Shown: positions 43,915 to 53,797 of the stretch, piece by piece
Position numbering within the stretch: the stretch's first letter is position 1
Layout: the number at the start of each line of letters is the position of its first letter
Assembly (NCBI GenBank): GCA_039798065.1
Contig: JBDKGS010000003.1
Location: 1-53,797, forward strand
DNA length: 53,797 bases
DNA from: Fibrobacterota bacterium
GTDB taxonomy: Bacteria > Fibrobacterota > Fibrobacteria > UBA5070
Reading direction: 5' to 3'
Made by a program: the position numbers and the translations under genes
The notes under the pieces: generated by a model
The model's database searches: none
What the model saw: only the letters and a program-made list of their open reading frames with translations
What the model was told of the DNA's origin: nothing

Positions 43915-45363
43915 CTAGCGCGCGACGGTCCTGCGCAGTTTGCGTCCGGCGCACTCGACTTCCAGAACCAGGAACCCGTGGGCCTCGACCGGCAGAACCA
44001 GCTCCGAAGCCGTCGATTCGACACTCAACAGAATCCGTCCCGAAGGGTCGCGCAGAAGTGCTGACAACTTCTGTCCGGCCGGAAGACCGGTCGACACCCG
44101 GATCCCGTTCGCGAGCGTTGCGATCCGCAGATTCGACAAGACACCGCGATTCGTCACTCCCGTACCCGCCTCCAGGTCGGACACCGCCACCCTCATGCAC
44201 TCGCCCTGGATGGTGTCGTTCACGATCTTCCAGGCGCGCAGACGCCCGGCGCAGGCGCGCGGAAAGAACGTGCTGGTCAAGCGCCCACTCCGCACTTCCG
44301 ACGAATCGGGAAGGATCAGCCAATCGTTGGACAATTCCTGCGCCATGCCGGGATCGTAGGCGCTCGACCATCCGCAGCGGAACGTCGAATCGTTCGAGAC
44401 GTCCACCAGTGAGCCACCCGACGAGATTCCCAGGGTCCTGGAGTCGGTCTGACATAAAGTGTCGCACCCTTCGCAGCAGACCACGCCGTTTCGCCAGCGG
44501 TAGAAGTTCCTGCCGGTGGCGGCCCGCCATTCCGACGGCCCTGGGGTGCCCCAAGAGGCGACCGTGCGGATGGACAGATCTTCCTTCCATGCCAGATTTC
44601 CCGCGTTCCATTTCGTGAGCGGCCCCAGACCCCCCACCCTGGCGGTATCCCAGATCGAAATTTCCAAGCGTTCGTCGGCGTGGCCCCTTCCGATGCGCAC
44701 AACCGGCAAGCCTTTGGCGATCTGCTCCTGAAGGGCGCTCATGAAATCGGTTCGGGACGCGGTACCGTCCGACGAACACGATCGCCACATGCATTCGTAC
44801 AAAGGACAGGCTCTCGGAAACGAATTGCCGGCCTGGTTCACCAGATAGGTGTACTCCCGATCGATGCGAGCACCAGGCCCCACCGACTGGACTTCGCCGG
44901 GAATCCAGGATGTGATGACAGAATCCGTCCCCGCATGCTTGGGGGCGGGCGGGAGTTCGACCATGTAGCGGGAGGCCGTCACGCGGGAGCAACCGGTTAT
45001 TTGCGGATCCTGGAACAAACTCCACCACACCCGGACATCCCGTCGAGGCACGTCACCCAGGTACCAGATGTCGCGGCCTAGGTTGGGCAGCAAGGTATCG
45101 AGCACCTTCACGGAATCGACTGTCAGTTTCTGACAAGCGCCGATCGAATCGATCTGCACCTGCAACCAGTTGCGGTTGTTGGTGTGCAGCGCGGTGAAAC
45201 TCACCTTCGCGCTGTCGGGCGCATCGATTCTTCGCGAGGGTTCCGGTGGGTACAGAACTCCGGGATCGGAGATGGGCGGAACCGAAATCACCTCGGTGGC
45301 GCCCACACCTGGCACGAGAGCCAGAGCCGAGGAAATGGCGAGGATTGCGGCGAGGCGGGTCAA
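43915..45363 (-). CDS. Secreted protein with a Fibrobacterota-like C-terminal domain
   Basis: Signal peptide; ends LRDPSGRILL...GFLVLEVE...RRTVAR. Confidence 0.75.
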   Translation of the reverse strand: MTRLAAILAISSALALVPGVGATEVISVPPISDPGVLYPPEPSRRIDAPDSAKVSFTALHTNNRNWLQVQIDSIGACQKLTVDSVKVLDTLLPNLGRDIWYLGDVPRRDVRVWWSLFQDPQITGCSRVTASRYMVELPPAPKHAGTDSVITSWIPGEVQSVGPGARIDREYTYLVNQAGNSFPRACPLYECMWRSCSSDGTASRTDFMSALQEQIAKGLPVVRIGRGHADERLEISIWDTARVGGLGPLTKWNAGNLAWKEDLSIRTVASWGTPGPSEWRAATGRNFYRWRNGVVCCEGCDTLCQTDSRTLGISSGGSLVDVSNDSTFRCGWSSAYDPGMAQELSNDWLILPDSSEVRSGRLTSTFFPRACAGRLRAWKIVNDTIQGECMRVAVSDLEAGTGVTNRGVLSNLRIATLANGIRVSTGLPAGQKLSALLRDPSGRILLSVESTASELVLPVEAHGFLVLEVECAGRKLRRTVAR

Positions 45364-45556
45364 ATGGAACTCCCTTGGGACGAACCTTCCAAGAATACCA
45401 CGAAACGTTCCCGATCACATCCGGCTCAAAACCCGACTGGGGAGGAATCGTACTCGCAAGGAGAACGACGGAACAGGCATCACCGATGCGGCGCCGGATC
45501 CGATCGATCCGGTCACCGCGTCGTACGAAGTCAATTTCTGTCGAGTCTGGAAAACC

Positions 45557-48500
45557 TCATTCCGCCTTGCGGTAGAATCCCAGCTTCCAGATCTGGTTGT
45601 TCAGTTGCAGGTTGCCTTCGCCGTCATCGAAGCGCGTGACCACGCGAACCAGATACACTCCCGAAGACACGAACTTGTGGTCGGCTCCGGTGGCGTTCCA
45701 TTGGATGCGGATCGTGCGCTCCTGGTCCTTCTTGGCGCTCCAGAGTTCGTTCAGACGCGAGTAGTTCTCGCTGGCCACCACGTTCCCCAGATTGTCGTAG
45801 ATGATCACGCGCGCATCGATGGGTCGGTTCACGCGGATCTCGATGCCCAGGCATAGCGCGGTGTCGTTCAGCACCGTTCCGCTGGCGACGGCACCCGATT
45901 CGGTCAGTTTGGCGAACCCGCCGCCGGGAAGCCGTTCGAGCAGCTCCATGCGAGGGTTCGTGGCGGGAGGCGCATCCCACAAGATGGCGCCAGGAATTGT
46001 CGCGGAATTCACCAGCATGGGGCGGTACGGCCCCACCGAGAACAACGGCGGACGCAAGCCGAACTCCACCTCCACCCACGGCGACAGCGCGCCCACGCGG
46101 TTGCCCCATACGTCGGAGATGCGCGAACCGGTGGCCAGCCAGGCCAGACGCGCCGAGTCGCCGGTGTGGATGCTTCCCGAGACATCGCTTCCAATCACGA
46201 GTCGCAGCGTTGTCGGATCGGTCAGCACCCACGAACGCACCGGCAACAATTCGCGAACATTGGAGCGCGAACCCACCCAAGCCAGCGCATCGGCGATCCG
46301 GGTCGGTTCGTCGCCCACCCAGGCCTCGGAGAGATTCAGCACCAAGGTATCCTGCGCGATCTCGGCCGAAGCGTAGCGAAGCCGCGCACGCACAGCCACC
46401 GGCGCGATGCTGTCCTGCAGCGCGGCGTATCCGCGACCGCCGGTTGCCGAGATTCCCTCGGCGGTGCACGTGCCCACGCAGCCGGTGCGCCCTTGCGCGA
46501 ACGGCGCGACCAGATCGCCCGTCCAGCTGGAAACGCCGTCCCAGACAAGATTTGTCGCAGCCACGGACTGGACATCCAGGCCCGAACCGTCGACCGATGT
46601 CCAACTTAGACGGAAACTGTCAAGCGCCGCGATCGCGGCCTTGGGGACCGAACGCGTCAAGGAGAACCGCGCGTGGGTTCCGCGGCCTTGGCCCATTGGG
46701 TCCAGCAGCCACGCCTGGAACGGTGCGACACCGTAGTGGATGGGTGCCCAGGGCGACTTGGCTCCTACGGTCTTTCCGTTGGCATCGACCACGTTCCCTG
46801 CGCGCACACCGGCTGCCAACCGCAGCGAGTCCCAGCCGTCCACCGCGCCGTTGGCAGGGCTCAGCAGGAAGCTCGCGTTCGAACCGGTGGGGACAACATT
46901 TGTCTGCGCAATCGCTCCGCCCAACACAGCATTGCCCCACTCCAGCCAGGTTGCCGTGGTCGACGCTCCCGCAACCGGCTCGCTGAACACCACCGACAAC
47001 GTGTCCTGCAAGGCTCCGAATCGGTAGGTCGCGTCCAACGCGACAGGTGCCACCGAGTCGGCCAGGGGCCACTCGACGATTTTTGTCCCAGCGGCGTCCT
47101 GCAGCACCACCGTGCAACCCGTGCACGAAGTGGCTCCGAACGCGAACGCCTGCGCGATGGTTGGCGCCTTGACGCCGAACGATCCGTTGGACGGTGCGAT
47201 GTTCCAGGAGCGCACGTCGGCGGCGCCCGTGGCGGTCTTCCAGTTCAGCACGGCCTGGGACCCCGCCATCGCACCGCGCACGAACACGTGCAGCGAATCG
47301 GCACGTCCGTCGCCGTCGGCGTCGTACAGGGCCGCGCGACCGCTGGGGCGCACGCTCAGGCGCACCCAGCGCGACGAGGCTCCCACCGCGTTGCCATTGG
47401 CGTCCGAAACCGCGCCGCCCAGGCGCACCCACGCCATGGCGTCGATGCCGCTGCCCGATGGCACCACCAATTGCAATTCACCACTGACAGATATTGTCTT
47501 ATCCGCGTTGATCGCGGAAAGAAGCGTCGACGTGGTCGACCCGCTGTCCATGGCCAATTGCGCCCAGGTTCCGGCGGCGGCCGCCGCGATGGCTTCCGAA
47601 GGCTTGATCCGCAAGGTGTCGGGGTCGCCCGCAGCAAGTCCGAACACCAACGAACCTTCCACCGCCACCGGCGCCACCGAATCCTGCAACGCGAAGCGCC
47701 GCACGGTTCCCATGGTCACTTCCAGACGGCACCCGGTGCATGAAGTCGCGTTGGGCAGGATACCTGCGGGCAGCCGGAAGCCGTTGACAATTCCCGACGC
47801 CAGCGGAACGGTGATGGCCGTGTCCAATCCAGCTGCGGTCTTCCAGTTCACCACGGCCACTGTAGCCGCCGAAAGGCTTCCCTTCGAGGCCACGCCCACC
47901 GAATCGGGCGAGCCGTCGCCGTCGCGATCCAGCATCCAGGAACGCGCCACGGCGTCGGCATGCAACGGGACCCATTTCGAACGCGCTCCGGGCGAGTTGC
48001 CCACAGCGTCGCCCGCGAATCCGCCCAAGCGGATGGAATCGCCGCTCTGGACAGGATTTGTCGCAGGATCGATCGCGAGCGCCAACAGGTTCCCCGCGAT
48101 CGCGACTGTTCCCGCCACCAGCGAAGAGGCGCCGGTCCGGCCGGTGATCGCGTGGGCCGCAGTGCCTGCGGGCACGGTGCCGGAAAACGCCACCAACGGT
48201 TCCGAGGCGCGGACGTACAGGATGTCCTTGCCGGTTCCTGTCGTGTCGTAGACCATCCAGGCGCTGTCGGCCACCGGAGCGATCCCGTCGGCCAGTTCCA
48301 CAAGACGATTCTTGACCGTGTCGCCGTTGGAGGCGATTCCCCACACACGGCCCATCGCCCCGGTGCATCCTTCGGGCGGGCAGCTGGTGCGTGCGGTCGT
48401 CAGCGGGGCGAAGACGATGGCCACGGCCGAATCACCGGGAACCGTCGTCATCTGCGCGGCAACTGCCGAAGCCGTATCGGCGACTCCCAAAACGTCGGCC

Positions 48501-51016
48501 CAGCGCAGCTTGGCCAACGCGGGATTCTTGAACGCGGGCGAGATTCCGTCGCCGTGCACGAAGGCGCTGTCGGCGCGACCATCGCCGTCGCGATCGAACA
48601 TGGTTCCGCGCGCGTCGACATTTTCCGTCACCATGGTGAAGTCGGTTCGGATCTCCTCGGTCCCGATCGAGATCAGGATGGTGTAGGTGCCGCTCTGCGT
48701 GAACAGACCCGACTTCTTGAGCTTGGCGGTGTCGATGGTGATGTGCGAGAACATCTCGGTGACTTTCAGTCCCACCGAGGCGTACTGCAGCGTATCCACC
48801 TCGTCCTGGGTTCCGTCGGGACGCAGCAGGTAGATGTTCGACCGGCCCGGCAATTCCTTGCGCTGCGAAGTCGAGCCTTCCTCGGCGCATTTGGATGGAT
48901 CCAGCGTGGTCTCGATGGTCTTCACCTTCACATCGCGGGCACCGCCCGTCGATGCGGCGGTGTCGAACAGGACTTCCACGGTGGGCACCAGATTCATGGT
49001 GGTCTGGATCCCGATGTTCGAGCCCGTCTGATGGCGCTCCGAATAGAACATGTCGAACTGGTACGATTTGCCTTCCACCAATCCCAGCTTGTCCAGATCG
49101 ATTTCACCGGGCATCTCGCCGTGCTGTCCGCCCAGGTCCAATGCCAGTTTGCGGTCGATGAAGATCCACACGTCGTCGTCGCCCTTGAACTTGAACGTCA
49201 GGCCGCGCACGTACTCGAACGACGCCTTGGCGTGCATGGCGAAGTGGTAGTTGGTGCCGTTTGCCGGGCCGTACGGCGCCGGGGTGGCGTTGTTGAGCGG
49301 AAAGAACGCCCCGTTCGAATACTTGTAGTAGCCGTCGGAAGGATCGAGCGTGAGCGTGATGGGGACGCACTTGAACGCGTTGATGCGCGTCCCTGCGATG
49401 GTCAGTGGATCGAACCAGTATTGCGGTCCGTCCTGTTCCTTGCCGATGTCGCAATCGATCTTGCCGCTCCACACCGGGCGTCCGTTGGCATCCAGGTTGG
49501 GAAGCACCAGGCCCTTGGTGGCGCCGCCACCCGCATCGGGGCAGTTGTCGGTGGTCTTGCCCTTGTTCTGGCCGGCCGGATAGTTCACGCCGGAATTTGT
49601 CTCGGCGAAAGGGGCGTAGAAATACGGCGAAGTGGAGGACAACCCTTCGGCGTAGTCGTAGGCCGAAAAAGCCAGGATCTTGGTGTTGCAGGTGGTGAGC
49701 TGGCTCGCGGGCCGCGCCACGATGGACGCACCCGACACGTTGGGCGCGATCAGCCAGGTGGTGTCGCCCACCTTGACATTTCCTGTCAGGGCGATCCAAC
49801 CCTTGAACGACGAGATGGGCGACGGGGTCTGCACCTGGTTGCCCGTTCCGTACAGAGTATCGGCTAGCGGATGCTGCAGCACGATGCTGTCGGGAACCGC
49901 CCCTTCGTACAGCGGAAGCGAATACCATTCGCAGTACTGCGTGCTTCCCGCGATGTACCGCGCGTCGCTACCCTTCCAGAGGATGCGTACACCCGACGCT
50001 CCCCAATGGGGACGCTGGACCATCAGGACCGTGCGCACCGCAGGCGCCTTCGCGACCGCTGCCGGGGCCAATCCCGCGGCCGTGGGAGGCATGATCCAAC
50101 GCTCGCCTCCGGGCGTCGCGCTGAAGTCGAAGACAGGACCTGTCGCCACGCCCGAGAAGCCTTGGGCATCCATGTACTGGACGCCCGACGAGGAGGGCTT
50201 GCCGCTGGCGATGCGGACCTTGAACGAGGTGTCGGCGGTGGGAGGAGCCCACAGGGTGGTGCTCTGCCAGCCCAACCGTCCGCGTTCCGGATACAGCGGA
50301 TACCAGGTGTTCCCCTGCTGCACGTACAGGCTCTTGCCCGGCCATGGGTTGTAGACATGAATTGTCCCCACCTTCACGAAGAAGGGGTTGTGGTCGGTGC
50401 AGACCAGCTTGTCGCCGGTGTAGCCAGGATTGATGACGGTATCGGCCGCCGGCATCCGGATCCAGATGGTGTCGGCGTTGATGGAACTCACGCAATTGTC
50501 CAGGAACCCGGGAGTGCTGGATGAGCTCTGGTTGAGCTGGCCGGTCTGTCCGGTTCCCTTCCCGATGTCCATCTGCACCTTGGGCGGCGGCCCCGCCTGG
50601 TAGCGGTGGTTGAACGAATTGAAGTTCACCATCACGTTGACCATGCCACCGCGGAAATTCCCGGTGTTGAAACCGGGCTGCGCGTACCAGAATCTGTCCA
50701 TGGTCTTGGGCAGACGCAAACTGTCGGGCTTGCCCGTGTTGTCGTAGCTGGTGTTCACGCGGATGGGCGGTGCGTACGCCTTGGTCCGGGTCAGGATCAG
50801 GTCGGTCTTCCCGAAATAGAAGCCTTGCGCCGCCTTGCCGGTGTCGCCGTAGTGCGGAATGCTCACCTGCGTGATGGACACGCTGTCCAGATTCCCCTGG
50901 TACCAATCGGTGAGCCACATCAGTGTCTTGTCGGCGCGGGCCGGAGCGGCCACGGCGGCAACAATGGCCAATATCGCGAAAAGGGCAGATTTCTGAGTGA
51001 CGGTTCGAGTCCGCAT
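45557..51016 (-). CDS. Large secreted fibro-slime (PA14-related) domain protein with four internal repeats and a FlgD-like C-terminal domain
   Basis: FFPL...NYHFAM...FKGDDDVWIFIDRKLALDLGGQH...FYSERHQTGSN; C-terminal IYDNLG...WN...SSGVY. Confidence 0.9.
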   Translation of the reverse strand: MRTRTVTQKSALFAILAIVAAVAAPARADKTLMWLTDWYQGNLDSVSITQVSIPHYGDTGKAAQGFYFGKTDLILTRTKAYAPPIRVNTSYDNTGKPDSLRLPKTMDRFWYAQPGFNTGNFRGGMVNVMVNFNSFNHRYQAGPPPKVQMDIGKGTGQTGQLNQSSSSTPGFLDNCVSSINADTIWIRMPAADTVINPGYTGDKLVCTDHNPFFVKVGTIHVYNPWPGKSLYVQQGNTWYPLYPERGRLGWQSTTLWAPPTADTSFKVRIASGKPSSSGVQYMDAQGFSGVATGPVFDFSATPGGERWIMPPTAAGLAPAAVAKAPAVRTVLMVQRPHWGASGVRILWKGSDARYIAGSTQYCEWYSLPLYEGAVPDSIVLQHPLADTLYGTGNQVQTPSPISSFKGWIALTGNVKVGDTTWLIAPNVSGASIVARPASQLTTCNTKILAFSAYDYAEGLSSTSPYFYAPFAETNSGVNYPAGQNKGKTTDNCPDAGGGATKGLVLPNLDANGRPVWSGKIDCDIGKEQDGPQYWFDPLTIAGTRINAFKCVPITLTLDPSDGYYKYSNGAFFPLNNATPAPYGPANGTNYHFAMHAKASFEYVRGLTFKFKGDDDVWIFIDRKLALDLGGQHGEMPGEIDLDKLGLVEGKSYQFDMFYSERHQTGSNIGIQTTMNLVPTVEVLFDTAASTGGARDVKVKTIETTLDPSKCAEEGSTSQRKELPGRSNIYLLRPDGTQDEVDTLQYASVGLKVTEMFSHITIDTAKLKKSGLFTQSGTYTILISIGTEEIRTDFTMVTENVDARGTMFDRDGDGRADSAFVHGDGISPAFKNPALAKLRWADVLGVADTASAVAAQMTTVPGDSAVAIVFAPLTTARTSCPPEGCTGAMGRVWGIASNGDTVKNRLVELADGIAPVADSAWMVYDTTGTGKDILYVRASEPLVAFSGTVPAGTAAHAITGRTGASSLVAGTVAIAGNLLALAIDPATNPVQSGDSIRLGGFAGDAVGNSPGARSKWVPLHADAVARSWMLDRDGDGSPDSVGVASKGSLSAATVAVVNWKTAAGLDTAITVPLASGIVNGFRLPAGILPNATSCTGCRLEVTMGTVRRFALQDSVAPVAVEGSLVFGLAAGDPDTLRIKPSEAIAAAAAGTWAQLAMDSGSTTSTLLSAINADKTISVSGELQLVVPSGSGIDAMAWVRLGGAVSDANGNAVGASSRWVRLSVRPSGRAALYDADGDGRADSLHVFVRGAMAGSQAVLNWKTATGAADVRSWNIAPSNGSFGVKAPTIAQAFAFGATSCTGCTVVLQDAAGTKIVEWPLADSVAPVALDATYRFGALQDTLSVVFSEPVAGASTTATWLEWGNAVLGGAIAQTNVVPTGSNASFLLSPANGAVDGWDSLRLAAGVRAGNVVDANGKTVGAKSPWAPIHYGVAPFQAWLLDPMGQGRGTHARFSLTRSVPKAAIAALDSFRLSWTSVDGSGLDVQSVAATNLVWDGVSSWTGDLVAPFAQGRTGCVGTCTAEGISATGGRGYAALQDSIAPVAVRARLRYASAEIAQDTLVLNLSEAWVGDEPTRIADALAWVGSRSNVRELLPVRSWVLTDPTTLRLVIGSDVSGSIHTGDSARLAWLATGSRISDVWGNRVGALSPWVEVEFGLRPPLFSVGPYRPMLVNSATIPGAILWDAPPATNPRMELLERLPGGGFAKLTESGAVASGTVLNDTALCLGIEIRVNRPIDARVIIYDNLGNVVASENYSRLNELWSAKKDQERTIRIQWNATGADHKFVSSGVYLVRVVTRFDDGEGNLQLNNQIWKLGFYRKAE

Positions 51017-51233
51017 GGGTCGATTCCCCGGCTTTGGAGAGGGACAGATTCGCAACGAATGGAATCCGGAATGAACCACGAACCTACCGTCCCCAGCGCT
51101 CCATTTCCGCCCGATCGGAAAGATTCCGGACAGTGCACGCAACGCCTGCGTTCATTTCACACAACGTGGCGCAAAACACCCATCACGAATGTTCCGGAAA
51201 ATTGTATGCTCGCGGCGCTTCGCTGCCGCCGCG

Positions 51234-51713
51234 TCAGATGAGCTTTTCGATCTCGGGGCCGATTTTGTCGGGCTTGGTGTTCGGGGAAAAACGCTTCACG
51301 ACGTTCCCTTTGCGATCGACCAGGAACTTGGTGAAGTTCCACTTGATGGCTTTGCGCCAAAGGAATCCGCGCTTTTCCTCCTTGAGATGCTTCCAAAGGG
51401 GATGCGCGAAACTTCCGTTCACCTCGATCTTCTGCGAGAGCGGAAAGGTCACACCGTAGTTCTTCTGACAGAAATTGGCGATCACGTCGCTGTTGCCGGG
51501 CTCCTGGTGACCGAACTGGTTGCAAGGGAATCCAATGACGACAAGTCCCTTCGACGCGTAGCGCTTGTGCAGCGCCTCCAACCCCTCGTACTGCGGGGTG
51601 AGCCCGCATTCGCTGGCGGTGTTCACGAGAAGCAGCACCTTGCCGACATGGTCGGCCAATCGGATTTCGCCTTTGCCCAGGGCAGGCACGGTGAACTCGT
51701 GGATCTTCGACAT
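51234..51713 (-). CDS. Glutathione peroxidase (Cys type)
   Basis: NTASECGLTPQY, GFPCNQF, WNFTKFLV. Confidence 0.95.
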   Translation of the reverse strand: MSKIHEFTVPALGKGEIRLADHVGKVLLLVNTASECGLTPQYEGLEALHKRYASKGLVVIGFPCNQFGHQEPGNSDVIANFCQKNYGVTFPLSQKIEVNGSFAHPLWKHLKEEKRGFLWRKAIKWNFTKFLVDRKGNVVKRFSPNTKPDKIGPEIEKLI

Positions 51714-51805
51714 CGTAGGCTCCTGGAATGGTTCGCGATCGAGCTTAGTGTACATGGTTCGTTCGGATGCACCCACGACTCTACGGCTCCGCCTCCCGGA
51801 TTCGG

Positions 51806-52210
51806 CTATCGATGGAAAAAACTGTTCGGTGCGCGTTTGGCCAGCTGGATGCAGTTCCCCCATGGGTCGCGCAAGGCCACGGTCTGGTCGCCGTTGCTGG
51901 CGAGCGCCGAAAGCTCGTAGAGCGTGGCCCCCGCCTCCAGCAGGTACTTGGTGTCTTCGTTGGGGTTCTCGCTCGTGAAGGCCACGTGGAGCTGAAGCGG
52001 ATCCGAAAGTTCGTCGGCGGTCGAGATCCGGTCGTGCGAGCGCCAGAATTCGAGCACTGTGCCGTTTTCGTTGCGCACGAAGGCGTTCGCCGCATCCCGG
52101 TTTTCGGCCACGTGAAGAATCTCGAAACCGAGGACGCGCCGATACCACTCGGCCGCCGCCTTGGGGTCGGACACCGCAAAGCCGATGTGCTCGAGTCGAA
52201 ACTTCTTCAT
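51806..52210 (-). CDS. VOC/glyoxalase family protein
   Basis: EHIGFAVSD...WYRRVLGF, HVAF, RDPWGN.IQL. Confidence 0.9.
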   Translation of the reverse strand: MKKFRLEHIGFAVSDPKAAAEWYRRVLGFEILHVAENRDAANAFVRNENGTVLEFWRSHDRISTADELSDPLQLHVAFTSENPNEDTKYLLEAGATLYELSALASNGDQTVALRDPWGNCIQLAKRAPNSFFHR

Positions 52211-52342
52211 GGTGGTCTTCCGTGAACAGGTCGGATCGCACGGCTTCGTGAGCCGTAGCAGGAAAGCTAGCGCATCGAGACCGTTCCACCGAAGGTTCCG
52301 CCCATCCCCTCCATTCGCCGAATTGTGCTAACGTATCCGTCC

Positions 52343-53086
52343 ATGTGCGGCAGGATGATCGTCAAGATCCAAGGGAAGGCGTACTTCCACCAGTTGTCGA
52401 GCCAGGACAACGCCTGGGAATACGTGCCCGCCCCGGCCAAATACGACGATCTTCCGACGGAATCCGTCGAACGCGAGGTGGCTCCGACGCAACAGGTGCT
52501 CGTGCATCGGGTCGACGGGACGGAAATCGTCCCCGATTGGGCATTCTGGACCCTGGTCCCCCCGTGGACCGAAACGCTCACCGGCCTGTCGCGTGCGTTC
52601 GACGGGTCGCCGCGCCTGCTTGCGCCGCCACGCACCCATTTCAATTCGCGCAAGGACACCCTGTTGCGTTCCAAGGGTTGGCGGAATCTGCTGCGGACCA
52701 ATCGCTGCGTCCTGTTCCTGGAAGGCTTCCTGGAATGGTCCGACGACGAAATGCTCGGTTCGGGACAGAAATTGGTCGGTCGCTACAAGCTTGCCGATTC
52801 GTCTCCCATGCCGGTGGCGGGGATCTGGTCGAACGCGAAGACGGAAAATGGAAACCTGCTCACCTGCTCGGTGATCACCTGCGAACCCAACGAGCTTTTG
52901 CGCCGACTTCCCCACCATCGCATGCCGGCCATCCTGGAGGGCGACCAGCTGCGACGATGGCTCGATCCACGCACTCCGGAGCCGGAAACCTTGCTTCGCC
53001 CACTGGCGGAAGCAAGGATGCACGCGACCGTGAAGCCCCTCCGACCGGCACCTCCGCCTCCGCTCCAACAATCGCTGGGACTTTAG
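52343..53086 (+). CDS. SOS response-associated peptidase (SRAP, YedK/HMCES family)
   Basis: N-terminal MCGR, RC...GFLEW, AGIW, HHRMPAIL. Confidence 0.92.
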   Translation: MCGRMIVKIQGKAYFHQLSSQDNAWEYVPAPAKYDDLPTESVEREVAPTQQVLVHRVDGTEIVPDWAFWTLVPPWTETLTGLSRAFDGSPRLLAPPRTHFNSRKDTLLRSKGWRNLLRTNRCVLFLEGFLEWSDDEMLGSGQKLVGRYKLADSSPMPVAGIWSNAKTENGNLLTCSVITCEPNELLRRLPHHRMPAILEGDQLRRWLDPRTPEPETLLRPLAEARMHATVKPLRPAPPPPLQQSLGL

Positions 53087-53197
53087 ACCAGACTCCCCAC
53101 TTTCGTGATTGTCGCTCCAGAAACCGCTTGCTGCCTATACTCCAATTCGGTATACTCCAAATTAGAGTATCGAGTTCTTCACGCAAGAGGTGCCATC

Positions 53198-53797
53198 ATG
53201 GATGTCTACTGCTTCGGTCATGTCAGCACCGGCCGCATCCTGCGGATCAAGGATTCGTTCCCTGCTCCCGACGGCTACGGTGAAGTGGTGGCCGATCTGG
53301 AAAACCATGCCGGAGAAGCCACCGGAAGCGCGCTGGTCCTGGCCAAACTGGGGATGTCGGTGCGGCTGGACGGAAATTGGATCGGCGACAACGAGCCATG
53401 CCGACGCACCGTGGCCTTCCTGGCCTCGCGGGGCATCGAGGTTTCGGGGCTGCGCGTGGAACCCGGATACGCGGGCGTCCAGGAGATCGTGATCACCGAC
53501 GGCGCGACAAGAACCGTCTTCGGTCGCTATTGCGACCTGCTGTTCACTTCGCGGCAATGGGATCTCCCCGACATCGAGCGGATGCGCGGCGCCAAGCTGG
53601 CCATCGTAGATCCCGCCTTTGGCGAAACCACCCTGGCCGTGGCGCGGATGGCTCGCGAACTTGGAATCCCGCTGGCCACTTGCGACACCGGCCCCGACGG
53701 CGAGCTCGCCGGAACGGCCGACATCCTGGTGGTCTCCAACGAATTCCTGCACCGCGAATTCCCCGACGCGGTGGCGCACGGAGCCGCCCGCGAAGCG
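53198..53797 (+). CDS. PfkB-family carbohydrate kinase-like protein (partial; runs off the window)
   Basis: Not in the ORF track because it has no stop. Translates MDVYCFGHVSTG...AGEATGSALVLAKLG...WIGD. GAGG RBS. Confidence 0.75.
   Translation, partial: MDVYCFGHVSTGRILRIKDSFPAPDGYGEVVADLENHAGEATGSALVLAKLGMSVRLDGNWIGDNEPCRRTVAFLASRGIEVSGLRVEPGYAGVQEIVITDGATRTVFGRYCDLLFTSRQWDLPDIERMRGAKLAIVDPAFGETTLAVARMARELGIPLATCDTGPDGELAGTADILVVSNEFLHREFPDAVAHGAAREA

Noticed and set aside
51234-52289. 351-aa extended glutathione peroxidase, or a selenoprotein
   Set aside because: The extension overlaps the VOC gene in another frame. The real start is 51713 and the active-site residue is Cys.

Overview
GC-rich bacterial sequence, probably Fibrobacterota, judging by a fibro-slime protein and secreted proteins with Fibrobacter-type C-terminal domains. 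About 1-26,000 is a dense defence island, almost all on the minus strand. In transcription order it holds: an excisionase-like HTH; a 1745-aa YprA/DruE-like helicase with DUF1998; a SNF2 helicase; a large N6-adenine methyltransferase with a low-GC central region that looks like a swapped specificity domain; a Septu-like ATPase + HNH pair; McrB; McrC; an HNH nuclease; a DUF932 protein; an Mrr-like nuclease; a Fic protein; and two tandem Schlafen/AlbA_2 proteins, one frameshifted. About 26,000-37,550 is further accessory cargo: a vWA protein, a putative cell-wall toxin/immunity triad, a five-PAS hybrid kinase, a second Fic and higBA. It also has four copies of a GTGTC-N11-GACAC motif and gene remnants. 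From about 37,700 the content looks like ordinary chromosome (aldo/keto reductase, SGNH hydrolase, VIT1 protein, GbsR regulator, fibro-slime protein, glutathione peroxidase, VOC protein, SRAP, PfkB kinase). No integrase, tRNA, rRNA, CRISPR array or reverse transcriptase was seen. All family calls come from motif recognition by eye; no searches were run.
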